DNA from: Octopus bimaculoides
Taxonomy: Eukaryota
Reading direction: 5' to 3'
NCBI RefSeq assembly: GCF_001194135.2
Contig: NC_069001.1
Coordinates: 28,171,583 to 28,212,324, forward strand
DNA length: 40,742 bases
Part shown: in pieces, positions 35,700 through 40,742 of the stretch
How the letters are laid out: each line of letters opens with the position of its first letter
Numbering within the stretch: position 1 is the stretch's first letter
The notes under the pieces: generated by a model
The model's input: the letters and a program-made list of their open reading frames with translations, nothing else
Databases searched by the model: none
What the model was told of the DNA's origin: nothing
Made by a program: the position numbers and the translations under genes

Positions 35700-36990
35700 A
35701 TAAACGCATTATCACATAGATATAATGTAAACGTTATAAAACAAATATACTCGTTATCACCCTTGATATCATTACCGCAGAGTAATACACCTTTTTTTAT
35801 GATTATCAAACAACGGAATCACACAGTTTTGCTGTTTATTACATTATCACAAAGAAACTAACATTATCAGGGCCTAGCATTTTATCAAACTAAAATACAT
35901 ATACGACTCATTATCACGTATTAGCATATAGTCACACACATTGGGCACACTATCACAAATTATCACGTTGTTACACACTATCTTAAACTAATATCTTTTT
36001 TCAACTTAGGAGCACACATTATCAAGTAATAAAACACGTTATTGTACAATAGCACACACCAGTATCCAGAAACAGACATTACTATATCCCTGTACTGCAC
36101 ATTATAACACAAAGATACTTGGAAACAATTTGAGATAGTCTAGACGCTATTTACACGCTGGGTTTGCATTTAACATTGGTTATCTAATAGTAACTTTCAT
36201 TATCGTTCAGTAATGCAAGATATCTTACAAACAATACACATTATCACTTAAAAAACAGATTATATCCCTGTAACACACTTTGTTTCTTGGGGACATACAT
36301 TATCAAACACTAACTCGCATGGTAGTACAATTGTACACTTTATCAACATCATCAGACAGCAACACACGTTATCAAACAGTAACTCACATTATCGTACAAT
36401 AGTACACAGTTTCAAGCAAAATCTACATTATCGGACAGTAATGTACACTATCATACAGATATATACATTATCACACAGAATAACGTTTTATTAGAAGGCA
36501 ACAAACATTGTCAAAAAGTAACTAACCATATAGTACAATAGTTAATATTATTTCACGAAACATACGTTATCAGTCGGTAAAATGCATTTTCTCAACTAAC
36601 ATACATTGCAGACATACATTTTATCATTCAGTAACACACGTTATCAAACTGTGAATCATATTAGCGTACATTATTACTCATTATCAGACAAAACTGATTA
36701 TCACACAGCAATGTATTTTAACTGTTAGTGGCACAAATATCGATTAATAACAGGATGTTTTTCAATAACACTCATACTAATACAATGATTCATTATAGTA
36801 TTGAAAACGCTCTATCAGTGTAGAATGTATTTTGTACAATAACAGACATTATTGCACAGTATTTCACATTATTATGTATTTATAATCATTATCATGTAAC
36901 GGTACACATTATCAGACAGTATTACGTGATATCACAAAAGAACACACATTATTAAACAGTGAAACATATGCCATTGTAATGCTTATTGTC
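35700..36990. repeat. degenerate ~20-bp minisatellite, consensus approx AACACACATTATCAGACAGT
   Basis: Units at 36361, 36381, 36401, 36420, 36440 and 36460 show a 19-20 nt period; the CATTATCA core recurs through the whole tract. Confidence 0.85.
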
Positions 36991-37224
36991 AGGCAGCGCA
37001 AAATATGAATTTGGTTTGTTTTTTTGATTTTAGTGGTTCTTATTACAGTTATCATTGTCAGCACTATAGTTAAGACTATTGATCTTGTCATCGATGCTAT
37101 GTGATTGATTCGTTAGAACATCTCGAAAAATGCTTTGCAGAAGTTTTTTTTTTTTCTCTTTATGATATGAGCTCAGATTTCAAAACAGGTTAACTTTGTC
37201 TTACATTATCTCAAGGTTGACTAA

Positions 37225-37425
37225 ATACAGTACCAGCCATGTGCTAGGGTCGACGGTATCGACTAATCCAGTCCCCTCAAAACTGCTGGAAATGTACCTA
37301 AATCGGAAAATATTACAAGGAAATGAACTAGCAAAAGAGTTACAACGTCGAGGAAAACAATTACTTTTCATAATCGATGTGGATTTTTACAATTTTGAGT
37401 TCAAATCTCACCGAGGTCCTGTTTT
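37225..37425 (+). mobile_element. two abutting family B SINE fragments (3' part then 5' part)
   Basis: GTACCAG...GGGTCGACGGTATCGACTAATCC...CAAAACTGCTGG, followed by a degenerate head and TTTGAGTTCAAATCTCACCGAGGTC. Confidence 0.6.
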
Positions 37426-38075
37426 TATTTCTGCCCCAGCCACGAGAAAATATATTAACATTCAAATACTGGAGTTGGTGGTATAGACCAACGCTTCGTT
37501 TCAAAATTGTAGACGTTGTATCTAAATTAGGAACTAACATTATCACTCGCATGAACCTCGGACAAGATATATTGCGACATTTTTTCTGGTTTTTATGCCC
37601 TGCGTTGCAATGCTGCCGAAAGCATCCAACGTTATCTAAGCGGGATAAATAAACTGCGAGAATATGTGAATGCAGTAGAATGCCTTCTCATAGTTGAGTG
37701 GACCTCGTTGATTAGCTCTGGGTTGAGTTTTTTTCCAATTTGGAGCATTGCGTTGCGTTTCATTTCTTTTGGACAATTGTTTTCTGCTTTTGTTCTATTC
37801 ATGTTTTCTTTTCAATAACTGATTTTCTCTAAACCAAAATAGAACACCATTTTCATAATTTGTCCGTATAATATGTTCTAAATTGTAGCTGTTGTGGCAA
37901 GTAAAATATCATTTATATTATGTAAGAAAAAATTCATAAAATATTAGTATATTTAGTACAAACATTTAAAGCTGTCGAATACTGAAGTTATTTAAATGTC
38001 TATCTCTATATTATTATAGTAGCTTACAAATTCAGTGTTATTTTTCCGTAATGCACAGAAGTCATTTAACAAATT

Positions 38076-38144
38076 GTCTATATGTGAGACCTGTATGTGA
38101 AGTCTATATGTGAGACTTGTATGTGACGTCTATATGTGAGACCT
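38076..38144. repeat. 26-bp tandem repeat, ~2.6 copies
   Basis: GTCTATATGTGAGACCTGTATGTGAA / GTCTATATGTGAGACTTGTATGTGAC / GTCTATATGTGAGACCT. Confidence 0.9.
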
Positions 38145-38194
38145 TCTCCTTGCTAGTGATAAATACAATCATTATAATTACCAGCAATAGCGCG

Positions 38195-38590
38195 ATGTAA
38201 TATCAGAATAGACAGAGCGTCGGAATAATGATCTGCATTATGTTTTCCGTCACTTTGCAAATCTCGACACGGTTACATTTGATCTTATTTCCTTGTAGTC
38301 AATAAAATCAAGTACCGGTCAATTACTAGGGACGACAAAACTGACTTACTCCACTTCTCATAATTGCTCTGACTTGCACCTAAATTAGAAACAGAATCTC
38401 TGAATGGAAAGGTGGTTCGTTCTCAGAATCGTTAGAGCGTCAGAGTACATATCTTGTGGGATTCGTCCTGGCTTTTTGTGTTGTGAATTCAACACCAGCC
38501 AAGGTTGAACATATTGTTCATATTTTCAGGTTCAATAAAATAAAGTACCAATCAACTATTCTGGTCGATTTAATCGATTACACATATCCC
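38195..38590 (+). mobile_element. two tandem degenerate family B SINEs
   Basis: Each has the TCAATAAAAT(C/A)AAGTACC...GA core; the second has CAGAATCGTTAG head and GGTCGATTTAATCGA. Confidence 0.55.
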
Positions 38591-39399
38591 AGCGTCATAA
38601 TTCAATATTATTGTGTTTATTGTAAAAGCAATTTTGTAGGTGTTTGTGTGGCGAATTTTCAGAATCATTTGAGTGTCTAAAACGTTCTGGGATTTTGTTT
38701 CCGGGTCTTTACGTTCTAAGTTCAGATGCCCTCCACGTCTACTTACCATAATCTCTTTCCGGGGTGCTATTTCTCGCAGTCTGAGCGACGATGAAAAGGC
38801 TGCTTTTTTGTTGCTCATTTTGGCTTTTATTAATGTTTTTTTTTTTTTTACAACAGTTGCATTGTTATATTTGTTGTTGTATTTGACATAGCCCTCATTG
38901 TTTTTCAAAATCTTATTTAATATTGCTGCAGGTTCTTATTGTTATTTTGAACACTGTGTAACAGATAAGAATTGATTTTGCTCATCGACTCTGATTAATT
39001 GAAAACTCTCAAGCTATAGACAACTATTGGATTTCAAAACCTAGGAGAATGAATCCTAGAGTGGGATTTTATTGACTTGGTCTTCTTTCTCTCTGGCGGG
39101 TTGTGTGACTACGTAGACCAATCGATTTTTCTTTCTTTTTCGTAAATGCAGTGATTTGTTTCATTTTCATTTTCATTGCCTTTCTTCCTCTAAACATTCG
39201 CTGCAAGGCTGTGTCTGTGCTTATATTAGTTAGCTGCTGATCATTAATAACACAAGGGACAGCTAACTTTCCAGGAATTAGTCACATCTCTGAACGTTCC
39301 CAGCTCAAATCCCTAGTTAGACTTTGAATTTCAACTATCCAGTGTTGATAATATAAATTTCAATTTAGTCAGCCCTCTGCAAAACTGACACTCATTCGA

Positions 39400-39495
39400 T
39401 TACGACAATGATAGTACCACTCGGTCTGATCAACAGAACAGCCTGCTCCTGAAATTACCGTACAACTGGCAGAGCACTCCACAGACACGCGAACA
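39400..39495 (-). mobile_element. family C 3' tail fragment
   Basis: TGATCAACAGAACAGCCTGCTCCTGAAATTACCGTACAACTGGCAGAGCACTCCACAGACACG matches 3445-3515. Confidence 0.75.
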
Positions 39496-39559
39496 TTTGG
39501 GAGATTCATAACTACTTAAGCAAAACTATATTCCTCTAAATTAAAGGATATTATAATAA

Positions 39560-39745
39560 TTAAGGTAGTGAGATGGTAGAACAGTTAGCATTTCGGACAA
39601 ATTGCTCAGTGCTATGTCTTCAAGCTCATTACGTTATTTGCTCAAGTTTCATTAAGGACGGTTTTGGCTGACATTATCTCAGAGTTGATAAAATAAGTAC
39701 CATTTGAGCCTTGGGTCAATGTAATCGACTAATCTCCAGCCAATC
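39560..39745 (+). mobile_element. family B SINE, degenerate
   Basis: AAGGTAGTGAGATGGTAGAACAGTTAGC head and GTTGATAAAATAAGTACCATTTGAGCCTTGGGTCAATGTAATCGACTAATC core. Confidence 0.7.
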
Positions 39746-40184
39746 TCCACAAAACTCTAGGTCTACGATGACGCAGAGGTACAATGGCTGGTTTTAATTC
39801 CTCATATGGCAATCACAGTTCTTGTTGTTACTTCTGTTATCAAGTAGGAACCAATCAGCTGTTGTTGGATTTATCAGACGCATCGCTGATTGCTGGTATT
39901 CGTGTCGCTCTTCAAGCCATCTTACTTTACTTACCATGGTGAAGGTCATATTAGGAGGAGTAGTATGGAAATTGATACTGGGAGATTAAGCAAGATGAAG
40001 GAGACCGGCATATGGAGGATTCGCATTTATGGTTAAATGTAATATTTGTAATGCCGGTGTCATAACCACCGCCACCAGTAGTCACCACTACTATTACAAG
40101 AACAAACAAATAAAAACAAGAGATGAAAACTAACTAATGTAAATTTTACTCTAACGATCGAGGAAATTTCAAATTCAAATCTGT

Positions 40185-40220
40185 TTCTGACGTTTCGAGG
40201 TTGAGACATTCATCAAAAAA
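40185..40220 (-). ncRNA. decayed minimal hammerhead-like motif
   Basis: TTTT-TTGATGA-ATGTCTCAACCTC-GAAA-CG-T-C-AGAA: near-canonical core, GAAACGUC palindromic mini helix III, 4-bp helix I; helix II is poor. Confidence 0.35.
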
Positions 40221-40742
40221 GTTAGATGCATAAAAGATAGATACATAAACATAACCTGTTTATGTAAATTTCGCAGTGATCAGAATTTAATAGTATAAGA
40301 GCATAGAATGGTTTGTATGTTAGCCAACATCCTTGCAATGTTCCTAATCAATTGCAATTGCCAGAGACATCTGAAAAATCGATAAAATTGTAATACCGTT
40401 ATTCTTTGTTTAAAATTCATTACATTTACAGATCTCTAATTTCGGAATTAATACTTTTATATATATAGACAATTGATGTCTGAACATCAAAAAATATATT
40501 CACCGTAATTAAAAGCTCAATTAATAACAGGTCGTTTAACTCTAATACGTCATTACAACGCATCAAATCCTAGTGGAACAAACTTGCATGTCTACACTGA
40601 ATCGGCTAAAACGTTCATTATAATGGGAGTATTATTTTGTGCAATGAATATAGCAAGTGCCTCATTGAGAATAATTTCCAGTATCAACGCGAATGTATTC
40701 AGCGTCACACGCACCCTCACATAAGTGTATGCACATATATAT

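Noticed and set aside
35700-36990. CRISPR-like array
   Set aside because: Eukaryotic context, contiguous degenerate units without unique spacers, no cas genes.
9834-37652. Mutually similar short ORFs (9917-10102, 22020-22223, 491-967; also 3338-3562, 37196-37486)
   Set aside because: They lie within SINE copies; similarity reflects the repeat, not a protein family.

Overview
AT-rich, microsatellite-dense eukaryotic DNA from a gapped short-read assembly (16 N-runs, most flanked by simple repeats). The SINE repertoire and composition resemble an octopus/coleoid cephalopod genome as I recall it; this is inference, not a search result. The window is essentially intronic or intergenic. It holds about 20 copies or fragments of three tRNA-derived SINE families, an internally deleted mariner, a probable pogo-like MITE, a decayed Penelope-like GIY-YIG fragment, a 20-bp degenerate minisatellite and a 2-kb decayed triplet-repeat tract. 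No gene can be named; a few splice-bounded candidate exons on both strands are flagged at low confidence. Nearly all ORFs in the supplied track are artefacts of N-runs, microsatellites or SINEs. The most interesting signal is a cluster of decayed minimal hammerhead-ribozyme motifs at about 4.1-5.1 kb beside the Penelope fragment. It includes a 172-bp palindrome carrying one hammerhead-like motif per arm. Hammerheads in Penelope-like elements are already known, so this is a candidate local variant, not a demonstrated new system.
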